Part shown: positions 27,131-38,384 of the stretch, one piece after another
Position numbering within the stretch: the stretch's first letter is position 1
How the letters are laid out: every line of letters begins with the position of its first letter
Assembly (NCBI GenBank): GCA_003427395.1
Contig: BFEA01000008.1
Span: 7,413,718-7,477,717 of the forward strand
Length of the DNA: 64,000 bases
Direction of reading: 5' to 3'
Source of the DNA: Chara braunii
Lineage: Eukaryota; Plantae; Charophyceae
Made by a program: the position numbers and the translations under genes
The notes under the pieces: generated by a model
Told to the model about the DNA's origin: nothing
What the model saw: only the letters and a program-made list of their open reading frames with translations
Database searches by the model: none

Positions 27131-28949
27131 TCCCCCCCCACACCTCCCCTACTCACTTACCTTCGGAAAGGATGATGATGATAATGATGATGATGATAAA
27201 TGAAAACTGCATTGAAACTAAAGATAGTGATGATGACGCAGATAATAAAGCTGTCGCCGATGAACATGCTGATGAAGAAGCCCTCTTACGAGCTGATGAT
27301 AAAGTTGTCGCTGATGAACATGCTGATGAAGAAGCCCGCTTACGAGCTGATGTTGTCCCGCTTGTAGATAGACGAGCACGAGCTGCTGTGTGATCATCGA
27401 TGGACTTCCAAAGTCTCCCAGTCCATGAAGACACTCCCAGTAAGGAAACTCCCCCCCTCTTTCCGCGTGCAGGCCTGCTACACCGTCTGGATAGAGGTCC
27501 GAAGCCCAACCCGATCAAAACACAGCTCAGCACCTCGTCGCTACTATGTGGAAACGACACACTCAATCGCTCCCACGTGCACTCGCTCTCGCCCATTCAC
27601 AGCCGCGCTCACCCTCACGCACGTGCGCACATTCTCATCCCAGTGCACGCCCCCGCGCGCCACTGCGCGCACTCGTGCGCTTCGTGTATCCACAAATGTC
27701 TTCATGTACCCACAAATGTCTTCGCGCACCATTGTGCACAACGCATGTGCGCTAACGCGAGCGCTAGCGGACGCGCAATTTGTGACGATCAGGAAAAAAG
27801 GAAGCGGCGGCATACCTCACTTATTACACCAATTACACCAATTATGAGGAAACGAGCAGCGACACTGAAGGGACTAATCTTGAGTGCCCCGACAGTTCGG
27901 GATTAACTACATGAAGGTTGGCAGCAGCGTCAGAGGAAGCGGCGGGAGGGCTTGCGATGGCGGTGGGGGTGCTATCGACACTGCCAAGGACACAATGTGA
28001 TACACTTTACATTTGGCTGTTACAGTACTGATGGTCCCATCCTTCACCTCAGAGTCTGCTCAGTGGGCTACATCAACTTTTGAGATCAACTATATGATGA
28101 AGGTTGGCAACAGGGTCAGTGGAAGCAGCGGGAGGGCTTGCTGTGGCGGTGGGAGAGCTGTCCACACAGCCAACGAGACAACGTGCTTTGGGCTCTGACT
28201 ATCCTCTATACCTCGGTCACTTCGGTATTATTATTAGGTTTTTTGTTTTTTACCGTTATGCTGAAGACGTTCATTTAGATGCATGCAACCACTGTTCTGG
28301 TCTAGATTCCTCAAGTTAGCCTCATACTAGCTTCTACTCAGTGATTATACAAGAAACTTTATATCGCCAAGTATTGTTTTAGTTGGTCCTCTACTTGGGC
28401 GAAATTCGTTGATTTCCTCTTGTCATTTTGTCCACCACTTCGAAATGGGAGATATGTTTGGAGTTCGAGCCAAAATTGGCTATCATAATGCAGTTTGGGA
28501 AAATCTGTTGATGTCGTTGTTGTCGTTTTGATTTTGAATTGACGCCGAATTTGATGGTACAGCAGCGATGGTTTAGGGAAGGAGGCAAGTTTTTTTTTGT
28601 GATTCAGGGTGAGACTCACGGAACTACTACCGGTAGCAGCGGCGCCAGCTTGAGCAGTGAGAGTGTGTGTAACAAGAGGTGGTGAGAACCCTACTGGTTA
28701 TGCAGTAAGCGAGAGCCGGTGAAGAGCAAATTTGAGTTGTACCCATTGAGATCGCTATACCACTAAGGTCCAAGGGTGCTGGTGGGAAGCCCGTCAAGGC
28801 AGCACAGGCTCTTTACAGTGTTTTTGGACAGCGAGGATAAGAGGGTAGCTCTGACAACGGTGAGCGGATAATTTTTAGTGACCTAATCTAGCTGTTGCAA
28901 TTGGTTGATACTAGTTTGTCAATTGGATAAGTGTTCCTTGTAGAATCTG

Positions 28950-29667
28950 GTAGCAGGACATCAGTCATTGCGTTCAGACACGAACACACTGGAAAGCATC
29001 ATACGCAAGCACACCACTCAGGAACTAGAAGAATACCGAGCGCAGGTAATTACGAAAGATATATATGAAGTACGGTGATGTCGGGCGAAAAGACCCAACA
29101 CCGTGTTTCTGTCGGTCCCCGTCCGGCGTCATCAGGGGTCGTACCTAGCGCAAGATAGTAAAACTAAAATTCTACGCGTACTTATATCTACGGAAGTCCA
29201 CGAAACACGAGTACCCAGGTCAATCACCAAGTAGTACAACTAAAGGTTCCCTGGTAACAGGTCACTGGTTCAAAACTCTACAGGCACAAAAAACGAATTC
29301 AAACATATGCCCAAACGTATCAAACGAACGTTCATGGCTCAAGCCCTGTACGACCAAGCTCGTATCTGGTACTGCCTAAAATTTTCTACCTTCTCCGCAT
29401 TACCAAATAACAAGTCATAAAATCAAAACAGTGGTACCAATGGATCATATCCGGACCTACACACATCGGGAGCTAACAAAGGCAGTGATGCCCTCTCAGT
29501 CAGTGCCAATCAACATGTCGTAAGTTCGAACCAGGAGTACCGAGGAACTACATCCAAACCCACACACAGTATGAACTACCGGAGATAGTAGTGCCCTCGT
29601 TCCGATTGGAAGCAGTCGAGGAACTACATCCAAACCCACACACAGTATGAACTACCGGAGATAGTAG
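28950..29667 (-). repeat. 3' pseudo-LTR of element A
   Basis: Direct repeat of 34527-35245. Contains a 76-bp tandem duplication (units at 29541 and 29617). Confidence 0.95.
29082..29140 (-). ncRNA. Minimal type I hammerhead ribozyme (A, 3' pseudo-LTR)
   Basis: Minus strand: gaccc CUGAUGA cgccgg acgggga ccgaca GAAA cac-g-gug UU ggguc uuu ucgcccg. Core intact; stem/loop II mutated. Confidence 0.8.
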
Positions 29668-29696
29668 TGCCCTCGTCCCAACCTGAGCCACCACTT

Positions 29697-32535
29697 CTAG
29701 TTGGTGAAACACAGAAACCAATGTCTCCAACAATTGTTCATTATAGCAGAGAAGTTCCTAAGGCAGTTATCAAAATAGACATCTGGGAAACCCCTAATCT
29801 GTAATTCGAATTTCAAAGTCAACAGAAAGCAGGCTTCAGCACCTGGCATTGTTATAAGCTTCCTAGCCCTATGCGGGCATGTTGTAATAACGGACATCTT
29901 TTGTTGTTTGTCCGTGTATCAGACATAGTCCTGCAGATTTTGGAACAGCACACCTTGTTCAATCACAAACCGTTCATTTTTATGGGTTGCAGCACACAGT
30001 ATTCTGCATGGGTCTCTGAAAACCTTGACCACGCATCCCAGAAAATCCCAAGTGTCATGAGTGCTGGTTAATTCCAACACCAGATTACTATCATAGCAGT
30101 TCTTGAAAATGTCAAGTCGCCTCTCAGCCATCATTCTTGCGTATGTAGACCCCTTCCAGAATTTTGAAAAAACTGTCACGTCATCCACCAGTCTCATCCC
30201 GAAGAGTAACCGACGTTCAGTCCCCAGATGTTTCAGGAACTCATACTCATTGAACGCACACAGCAGACATGCCAGTGCAAGGCTCGATGATTTGCCCATC
30301 GGAATACCTACTTTCTGTCGCAGAAGAACACCCATAGCCAACACATATGTATAGTCTGGATCAAAAGCAACCATTCTAATTACTGATGAGAATCCAATAC
30401 GTCGAAAACCTGCGGGGATTCTCCTTACGTTTACACAGCATGCTCCCTTTTCCTCTCGTCTTCACAAAGACGTTGTAGCCCTTTTCTTCGAACACACACA
30501 ACAACCATTCTACGGCTTTCAATACTGATGCATGGTGTAGGGCAGTAAGCATTTCCTTCACGTCGAAGGACGAGGTAATGGCGTCTTCATCTTTCCCAAT
30601 AGAACGATTGAGGTTATCCAGTCTTTCGACCATGTCATTAGGACATTTCAGGTTGAAATGCGACTCCTCAGGGAGTTTCCACAAGAGTTGGTTGACCGAC
30701 TTAGAGACTGTTCTACTAAGACGTACGAGGGGATCAGGAAAGGAGGGGCATATCGGTCGCCACTTGGCTATATCTTTATGTTTCGGGATTACATAAGTTC
30801 GTTCCATCTTTCCCTGTCGATTAAACGATAAAGATTTGTGTATTCTTGCCTCCTTGAACTTTCCATGAATCTGCCTAAGCACTTGTGATTCCTCCTGTTG
30901 AATCAAATCAAACCCTTTATTCTTAGTAAATAGTGTCTCCATTCCCTTCTTAAAAATAATTGGGCAACATATGAAAGAATCCCCCGGATTATGGTCGATC
31001 GGGCTAACGACCAATCATTCAAATTTCCGTGCCAGATCTAAGACATCATCCCACTCTCCCGAATTTGTCAGACTCGGTCGGTGATCCCGAGTGAAGCACC
31101 CCCGTAGGTCATCCGTAGATATGAAGCAAAACACTCATGTTGTCTTGAAAGCTTTTAAGGCCCTCAAGAATGCAACTTCTGAGCTTCATAGGGTTACGAC
31201 GAAACCCAGGAGACAACACATTCCTGCTATTTTTAACAATGTTAGGCACCCAGTCGACATCACTACACCGAAAAGAAACGTGTCAATCAATTCGTGGATA
31301 ATCAAGTCCCTGACAGGTATAGGAAAGATCCTTATGTTGAGCAGCAGTACGGAAATTATGAAAAATATCTCCTACAGATTTATTCCTAGTCCATACTACC
31401 CTTAGTTTTCTACATAGCATCTGCTTCAAGGAATTCCTAATACAGGAAGATCGAATAGCTGAAAGACAGTTGCTTTGATCCTAATCTTAAGAGAGAACTT
31501 ACTTTTGATCACACGGGCTACAATCGCCCTCAATTTTGCTCTGGTTTCTTTCTTCAAAAAGCACCGTATACAGTTGTACAGCGATATTAGCCTACCAAGC
31601 GGCTCTCGATACAATTTCCTGCATGCAGAGGGGCACTTCAGGAGATCAGTAAGATTACCCTTCAGTTTATCAAAGCGTGAACAAAATCTAAGGATTTTTT
31701 CAAAGAGCAGTTCCGCCCCCGATACTAGTAATCCCCTACAGCGCCTTAGGAGCTCAACCTTTTGGCTAAACCTCACAACAGATGATCCGTAGCATCGCTT
31801 GAGTACTTTCCAATTCTCAGCAAGGACCGCGCCTCCTGAGCACTTAATCTTTACAAACGTAATATGCTTGCGAAAACAGAAGTCAAGTGTATGACGAAGA
31901 CTAACTTACCGGTACCCCGTATCTGATTCAAAAAGAACGAAAGACTTAGGTGTTGCACCAGATTTCAAGGGGAAGTCTCCTCGCCGCCTCCTCTCACTTT
32001 TTCCCAATCTCTTTTTTCCCCTCTCCCGCCGTCTTCCTTGCGTAGAGATGGAGTTCAGAAACGGATTAAAAGACCGAATAAAGAAGGATTGAACTTCCAA
32101 CAATTGTCCCAAGCAGGGCGCAACAATAGGAATCGCTACATAACTACCAACTCTCCCACGACGAAACCAGCGATACAAGCGATGGTTTCTAACATCTTTA
32201 TTTAATGTCCCATCAGCACGGTATATATGCTCAGCCCATCGATATCTCAGCGTCCAAGACGAGCACCCCACATAGATGTGCTTGCACCAGGGAGAAACCA
32301 AAGCATAAACCAGGGGACCGGGACACGAAGTAAAATCATATCCTATAGAGAATAAATAATGAAGATACGGAATAAATTTGACACACCAAGGAATCTGTCG
32401 CAACAAAATCAGGTAGATAACCACCAACCTAAAAACCCCGTCGATCTTACCATCCCATTGCAGACTTCGAATTTCGCGTGCATCTCTACAAACCAAAGCG
32501 AGTTCACGAAGTTCACCGACGGTCGGTGGCCGGTC
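29697..32535 (-). pseudogene. GIY-YIG endonuclease - reverse transcriptase polyprotein of element A (stops and frameshifts)
   Basis: LVYALVSPWCKHIYVG...RWAEH (GIY-YIG). RT motifs YVIPKHKDIAKWRPI, SFDVKEM, RQKVGIPMGKSSS, LVDD (30180-30191), WDFLG. Confidence 0.9.
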
Positions 32536-33993
32536 CTAACACCCAGTGGTGTTGCCGTCGTCATCGGTCTCGTCAGTTCTGTTGTGGTGTGCGTGATTAT
32601 CAGGTGCCGCCAGATCTTTAGATGCTTCGGGTACATCGGCAAAAGCTGGAGCATTCTTTTTCCCATACGCCCTATCAACATAAATATGCGCAATCTCAAT
32701 GGCCAATGCCTTAATTGTAATATACTCCAACCCTTCATCGCGGCACAATTTTTCAATTTCCTTCTTCTTCTGTTTTGACAGCTCAGTGCTCACCCGTTTC
32801 CTTAAATCATCCTGCTCTTCATCCTTCATCTTAACAAACTTCACCTTCGCCTGTGCCCTCCCGCCCGAATCCCCACTCATTGTTGGACTCCCGGCTCTAC
32901 TCAATCGGATACGTAGATTGGAGGGTGGCGAGAGGCTTTTCCGCATGATTCTTTTCCTTTTCGCACTGATAGGAGTAGCCATCGTAGACCCGATCATGTT
33001 AACCCTTTCCTTCAACGCCTGGACCTCACGTTCTGCCATGTCCTTATCATCCCGCAACCTTCTGTAGGCCTCTGCTAGCTTCACGTAGTCACCCGGAGTC
33101 GGCTCGTTGCCTACTTTCTCCTTTGCTTTCAGTCGTGGACTACAGACCGTTACCGCTGCAGCAGATGGCCTGACAACCTTAACGAGTTCACTGACCTGTT
33201 GCTTCAGGCTGATGACATATTGGATGAGTTGTTGATTGTCCAGCTTTAGTGAGGTGAACTCTTGAATAGGTCGGCTCGGTCTACACGACTGCCTCTGCAT
33301 CTCGGCCATTGCCTGCTTTAATCGCACAATCTCCTGGTCCTTTCTAGTACCAAGTTCGTCGTCTTGTTGATTTTTTCGTGTTTCCTCGTCCGTTCGTCGT
33401 CGGATTTCGGCAGTCACCACGGCAGCAGGTCGTTCACCTTCGACAACTTTTCTTCCTCAGACTTCCTCACGGACACTCCTCATCTGACTTTCGACCATCC
33501 TTCCGATGCTCGCCTTGAAATCCTCCTTGTCTTTCGCCTCAGCAAGTCGCTTTTCTTCATCCTCCTTCTTCTTCCTTTCCTCCTCCTCCTTCCTAGCAAC
33601 CATCTCCTTTTCTTTCTTAATCCTATCCCTCTCCTCCATTTCTTGAGACATCCAGCTCCACATCTTATCTACCTTGTCATTCTTGTCCCTTGGCTCCTGA
33701 TACCAAGGCCGTTGGTAATTACTAAAGTTGTTGTAGCCACCGTAACCGCTCCCATACCCTCCATTGTAACTGCTGTTGCCGTTGGTCGATCCTTGGTGAT
33801 TGCGCACATCATTGGACGGAGCTTGATAAGGTACAATGGCTCCCGAAGCTGCTTGAGTCGGTGCCGAACTCGAAGTTGACGCTTGGTTGCCATTCGCCTG
33901 CCTAGCTTGCTGGTCCATGTCTCTCATTCGGGTTCGGCAGTCCCGAATGAAATGGCCCGGTCGACGACAATAGTGACAAACCGGCCGTTCCAT
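32536..33993 (-). pseudogene. Gag-like ORF1 of element A (CCHC knuckle, N/G/Y-rich tract, coiled coil); one premature stop
   Basis: CHYCRRPGHFIRDC (33937-33978). ORFs 33457..34128 and 32536..33420 share a frame, split by one stop at 33457-33459. Homologous to ORF1 of B. Confidence 0.85.
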
Positions 33994-34060
33994 GGAGTTC
34001 GAGTTAGCCACCAGATGAGAGCAGTACAAAAGAAAGACGATGCAGGTAGTACCTAAAATA

Positions 34061-34403
34061 ACAACGATTTCGTCAAAACGGACATTTTTTATTTTTTGTA
34101 CGAAATTGAAAGTCCAAACAGCAGCCAAAATTTGATGAAATTTTGGGTAGGGCGTTCTGAAAACGCCCTACCCCCTCGATGTTTTTGGACTCAGCCAGAG
34201 TCCAGATACATGCAGGGGGGTACGGCGTTCTGAAAACGCCGTACCCCCCTGCATGTATCTGGACTCTGGCTGAGTCCAAAAACAGCGAGGGGGTAGGGCG
34301 TTTTCAGAACGCCCTACCCAAAATTTCATCAAATTTTGGCTGCAGTTTGGACTTTCAATTTCGTACAAAAAATAAAAAATGTCCGTTTTGACGAAATCGC
34401 TGT
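34061..34403. mobile_element. 343-bp near-perfect palindromic MITE in the leader of element A
   Basis: acaacgatttcgtcaaaacggac...gtccgttttgacgaaatcgctgt, folding about a centre at ~34232. TA at 34059-34060 and 34404-34405. Confidence 0.9.
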
Positions 34404-34481
34404 TAAATAAAGATAGGACTAGTAGGGGTAGTAGAAGTAGTAAGTAGAAGTAGTAAGAGTGATGGAAGCAGAACACACTCA

Positions 34482-34519
34482 CACGCCCGTAGTACTATTG
34501 CTACGTTGGTTCATGCGTG
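34482..34519 (-). other. Conserved leader hairpin motif of element A
   Basis: Minus strand: cacgc atgaaccaa CGTAG caatagta CTACG g gcgtg. The 18-nt core is identical in B. Confidence 0.7.
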
Positions 34520-34526
34520 GACTAAT

Positions 34527-35245
34527 GTAGCAGGACATCAGTCATTGCGTTCAGACACGAACACATTGGAAAGCAGCATACGCAAGCACACCACTCAGGA
34601 AATAGAAGAATACCGAGCGCAGGTAATTACGAAAGATAAACATGAAGTACGGTGATGTTGGGCGAAAAGACCCAACACCGTGCTTCTGCCGGTCGCCCGT
34701 CCGGCGTCACCAGGGGTCGTACCTAGCGCAGGAGAGTAAAACTAAAATTCTACGCGTACTTATACGTACGGAAGTCCACAAAACACGAGTACCCAGGTCA
34801 ATCACCAAGTAGTACTACTAAAGGTTCCCTGGTAACAGGTCACTGGTTCAAAACTCTACAGGCACAAAAAGCGAATTCAAACATACGCCCAGACGTATCA
34901 AACGAACGTTCATGGCTCAAGCCCTGTACGACCAAGCTCGTATCTGGTACTGCCTAAAATTTTCTACCTCCTCCGCATTACCAAATAACAAGTCATAAGA
35001 TCAAAACAGTGGTACCAATGGACCATATCCGGATCTACACACATTGGGAGCTAACAAAGGCAGTGATGCCCTCTCAGTCAGCGCCAATCAACATGTCGTA
35101 AGTTCGAACCAGGAGTTCCGAGGAACTACATCCAAACCCACACAAAGTATGAACTACCGGAGATAGTAGTGCCCTCGTCCCGACTGGACGGAGTCGAGGA
35201 ACTACATCCAAACCCACACACAGTATGAACTACCGGAGATAGTAG
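34527..35245 (-). repeat. 5' pseudo-LTR of element A
   Basis: Direct repeat of 28950-29667. Confidence 0.95.
34660..34718 (-). ncRNA. Minimal hammerhead ribozyme (A, 5' pseudo-LTR), core mutated
   Basis: Minus strand: gaccc CUGgUGA cgccgg acgggcga ccggca GAAg cac-g-gug UU ggguc uuu ucgccc. Stems intact; two core substitutions. Confidence 0.7.
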
Positions 35246-37108
35246 GTTGAGTCGAACATAGGCTCAAAAGAGGATGAGTTGGAATTGATCTGTTTGGAGA
35301 GTCATTGCTAGACTCCCAGCAAGCGAAGTCCGGTCATGCTCCCGGATATGGAAAATTTGGTCAGTTGTGTTCCTTAGTAGTGGTAGAATTTGTCCCTTTG
35401 GTATTGGTTGCAGTTTTTTTTTTTTGTTTTTTTTTGTAAAGCTATATACTTCTCTGGTTGCAGTTTTATTTGTCCGGTTTGACTTGACTTTTTTTTCAGA
35501 AATAGCATGGACAGAGACAGGAACAAGGAACAGGAACAGCAACAAGGGACACTGGACCCGGTTTCCAGTAAGCCTCTTGGGGCTTGGGTCATGCTACCGG
35601 GCTGAGATGTGGAGAGATTCCCGGCCTCCTTTTGCCTTTAATATAATGAATCAGTGCTATTTCCCATTTAACAAAAAAAAGAAAAAAGAAAAAAGAAAAA
35701 AGAAAAAAGAAAAAAGAAAAAAGAAAAAAGAAAAAAGAAAAAAGAAAAGAAAAGAAGTCAGAGAGGTAAAAGGAAAGAAAACAGAAGAGAAGCTGCATGC
35801 TCTCCACAAGGCTCACAAGCACACAGCTGCTCTCTCATCTTTTCATGCTGCACACTGCTGCTCGTATTTAGCCCATAGATGTAGCTCCTGCCATTGCAGG
35901 CCTGCAGGTCAGAGAACGTTCCATTTACTGCCAATTTCTTAACGATCCCACAGGCCTGACCAAACACAATCCTTGCCGGAATGAGTATCCCCCCCCTGTG
36001 TGTAGGTTGGGTTCATGGTTTTCACCTGGAGGAGATGGAAGTTAACTTCCAGGTAGATTCTGAAAGGGGCATCAGTTACTTTCAGAGCTATGGCATTGGT
36101 TGTCCTGCCCTTGCATTGAACTGCTGCTACGTCTGACAAGCCCTTAGAATCTTGCCTTGCCTATGGAGACCCCAGCAGGCCTCTGAAATTCCTCTGTGGC
36201 CTCCTAAGATCCTGCCGGGCCTNNNNNNNNNNNNNNNNNNNNNNNNNNNNNNNNNNNNNNNNNNNNNNNNNNNNNNNNNNNNNNNNNNNNNNNNNNNNNN
36301 NNNNNNNNNNNNNNNNNNNNNNNNNNNNNNNNNNNNNNNNNNNNNNNNNNNNNNNNNNNNNNNNNNNNNNNNNNNNNNNNNNNNNNNNNNNNNNNNNNNN
36401 NNNNNNNNNNNNNNNNNNNNNNNNNNNNNNNNNNNNNNNNNNNNNNNNNNNNNNNNNNNNNNNNNNNNNNNNNNNNNNNNNNNNNNNNNNNNNNNNNNNN
36501 NNAGTAGGTGGACTCTTTGTTTTCTGACAATAGGTTACAAAGATCAACGGCCTGAAACCGACGATCCGGGGGAGCTGGACCTCTCCCCACGAAGAAGAAT
36601 GGAATTTGCAAAAGGAGTTATTCTCAATTGACTGCCAGGAAGGTAAATGAGCCTTCATATTTTGGGGATGACTACTCGTTCGACCCGTCTCAGTTTGGAA
36701 ATGTCGAGAACAGCCCTGTCAGAATGTCAGTGCTTATTGCAGATGGCCAGAAGCATGATGCGTGTACCATGATGGCAGGCAGGCAGGCAGGCAAGGGTAG
36801 TTGGGGATTTCGAAACTCTCCAGCAGTGTGATTACCTTCTTGCCCTTTTCATCCTCTTGTTTTCTTCGAAAGTCCTCGTTGCCAGGACACTATTCGGAGG
36901 GGGGTGAGAGCCCTGCAATGCAAATTGGGGCCTTGCTGTTTGATACCTCCATTCTATTGGTGGGGTGCTACACCTGCTGGAAACTGGATCCAACGTCCTT
37001 TTGTAACAAAAAAATAACATTTTTCATTGGACATTGCACCATGAGTGTTGTACCTTCCAGCCCAGCATGAGGTTTCACATGTTTCTTTGCAGTAGTAGCC
37101 TTGCTAAA

Positions 37109-37229
37109 GTCCTCGTGGATATCCGTTTAAAGTTAAAACTCGAATGATGCAGAGATGATTAGCATGACCCCTGTGCAAGGATGGCAAACATAAAGTAACG
37201 GAAAAAAAAGGAACTGGCTACATGATTTT
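37109..37229 (+). pseudogene. U6: Diverged U6 snRNA copy (probable pseudogene)
   Basis: gtcctcgtggatatccg...gatgcagagatgattagcatgacccctgtgcaaggatggcaaacataaa aligns with plant U6 GTCCCTTCGGGGACATCCG...GATACAGAGAAGATTAGCATGGCCCCTGCGCAAGGATGACACGCATAAA. Confidence 0.85.
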
Positions 37230-37813
37230 GTAAATAATGCTTCTGTAAACACTCCAGGTGGGTAGCTTAGGTGTTGCATACCTGGGAAACACAGTCATAA
37301 GTATGGCGCAGATTCCCAGAACAGACCAGATAATACAGAGTTAATACAATACAGCAGAAGAGTTGATACCCATTGACTGACTCTGACCTGACTCAGACTG
37401 CAATCGAACACTCTCAATCATGCATCAGTGGTGTGAAAGCCCTGGCCTTGGACATAGAATCAAGGCCAGGGTCTGAGATCATACACGGACGAATGGAGGG
37501 AGGAGAGACGAAGGGAGGAGGACTCCGAGAGGGAAGATGACGTCAACTTGATGTTTCCAAAGATAGTATCTTGAAATGTCAGAGGTAGTGAAAATCCGAA
37601 ATGTCGCGAATACAGTGTCTCACAATGTCTCAGATATCGATCTCACAACGTCAAGTACATCTTCAGAGGAAGATGACATCAGATCCCAAGAGTAGTCCTC
37701 AACCTACAGTCCCAATGTCGCTGTCTCCAATATCATCAGAACTCGTAACCATCCTTCATACTCGTAGTAGTCCCGTAAGGGAACCCAGGAGTAGACTTAG
37801 ACTGAGAAGGTAG

Positions 37814-37915
<102 letters not shown>

Positions 37916-38384
37916 TGGCGGAGGAGGAAGAGGGAGAGAAGGCAAGGCCTTCCTCCCTGGTACCTGGTTGGGTAGCGAGGGCGCTGCAGCAGGCGGGCGC
38001 TGGGCCGCGGGCTGGGCCGGTGGCTGGCGCTGCTCCAACTGCTGTGCTAAGTCCTCCTCGCCGCTGTGCTCGATCTCTCCTCGCTGCTCGTACTAACACT
38101 GCTGTGCCGTGCTAATCCTGCTAACGCTGAAACGCTGCGCTAATCCTGAAGACTAACCTCCTGTCTACTAACCTACCGACTGAGGCTGGTACCCAGCTGA
38201 TATAGTGCTGGGTCGGCCTTAGTCCTACTGAGGGCCTTCGGGTCTGGACCGTTGATCAGGCCCAACGGTTCAGATCCGATTTCGGAATCTGAAAAGTGGG
38301 TGCCAAAACTGCGTCGCCGGCTGGGCCTACTGATGAACCGGTACCTGGGCTTTTTTTTTTTTTTTTTTTTTTTTTTTAATGGGA

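Larger units (their letters stand above)
28950..35245 (-). mobile_element. Penelope-like retroelement A (N-terminal GIY-YIG, Chlamys/Naiad-type) with Gag-like ORF1; decayed
   Basis: ~718-bp direct repeats at both ends. Order is CCHC ORF1, GIY-YIG, linker, RT. No protease, RNase H or integrase motifs seen. Confidence 0.9.

Noticed and set aside
35780-36222. Possible decayed coding remnant on the minus strand
   Set aside because: No motif I can assign with confidence; truncated by a gap.
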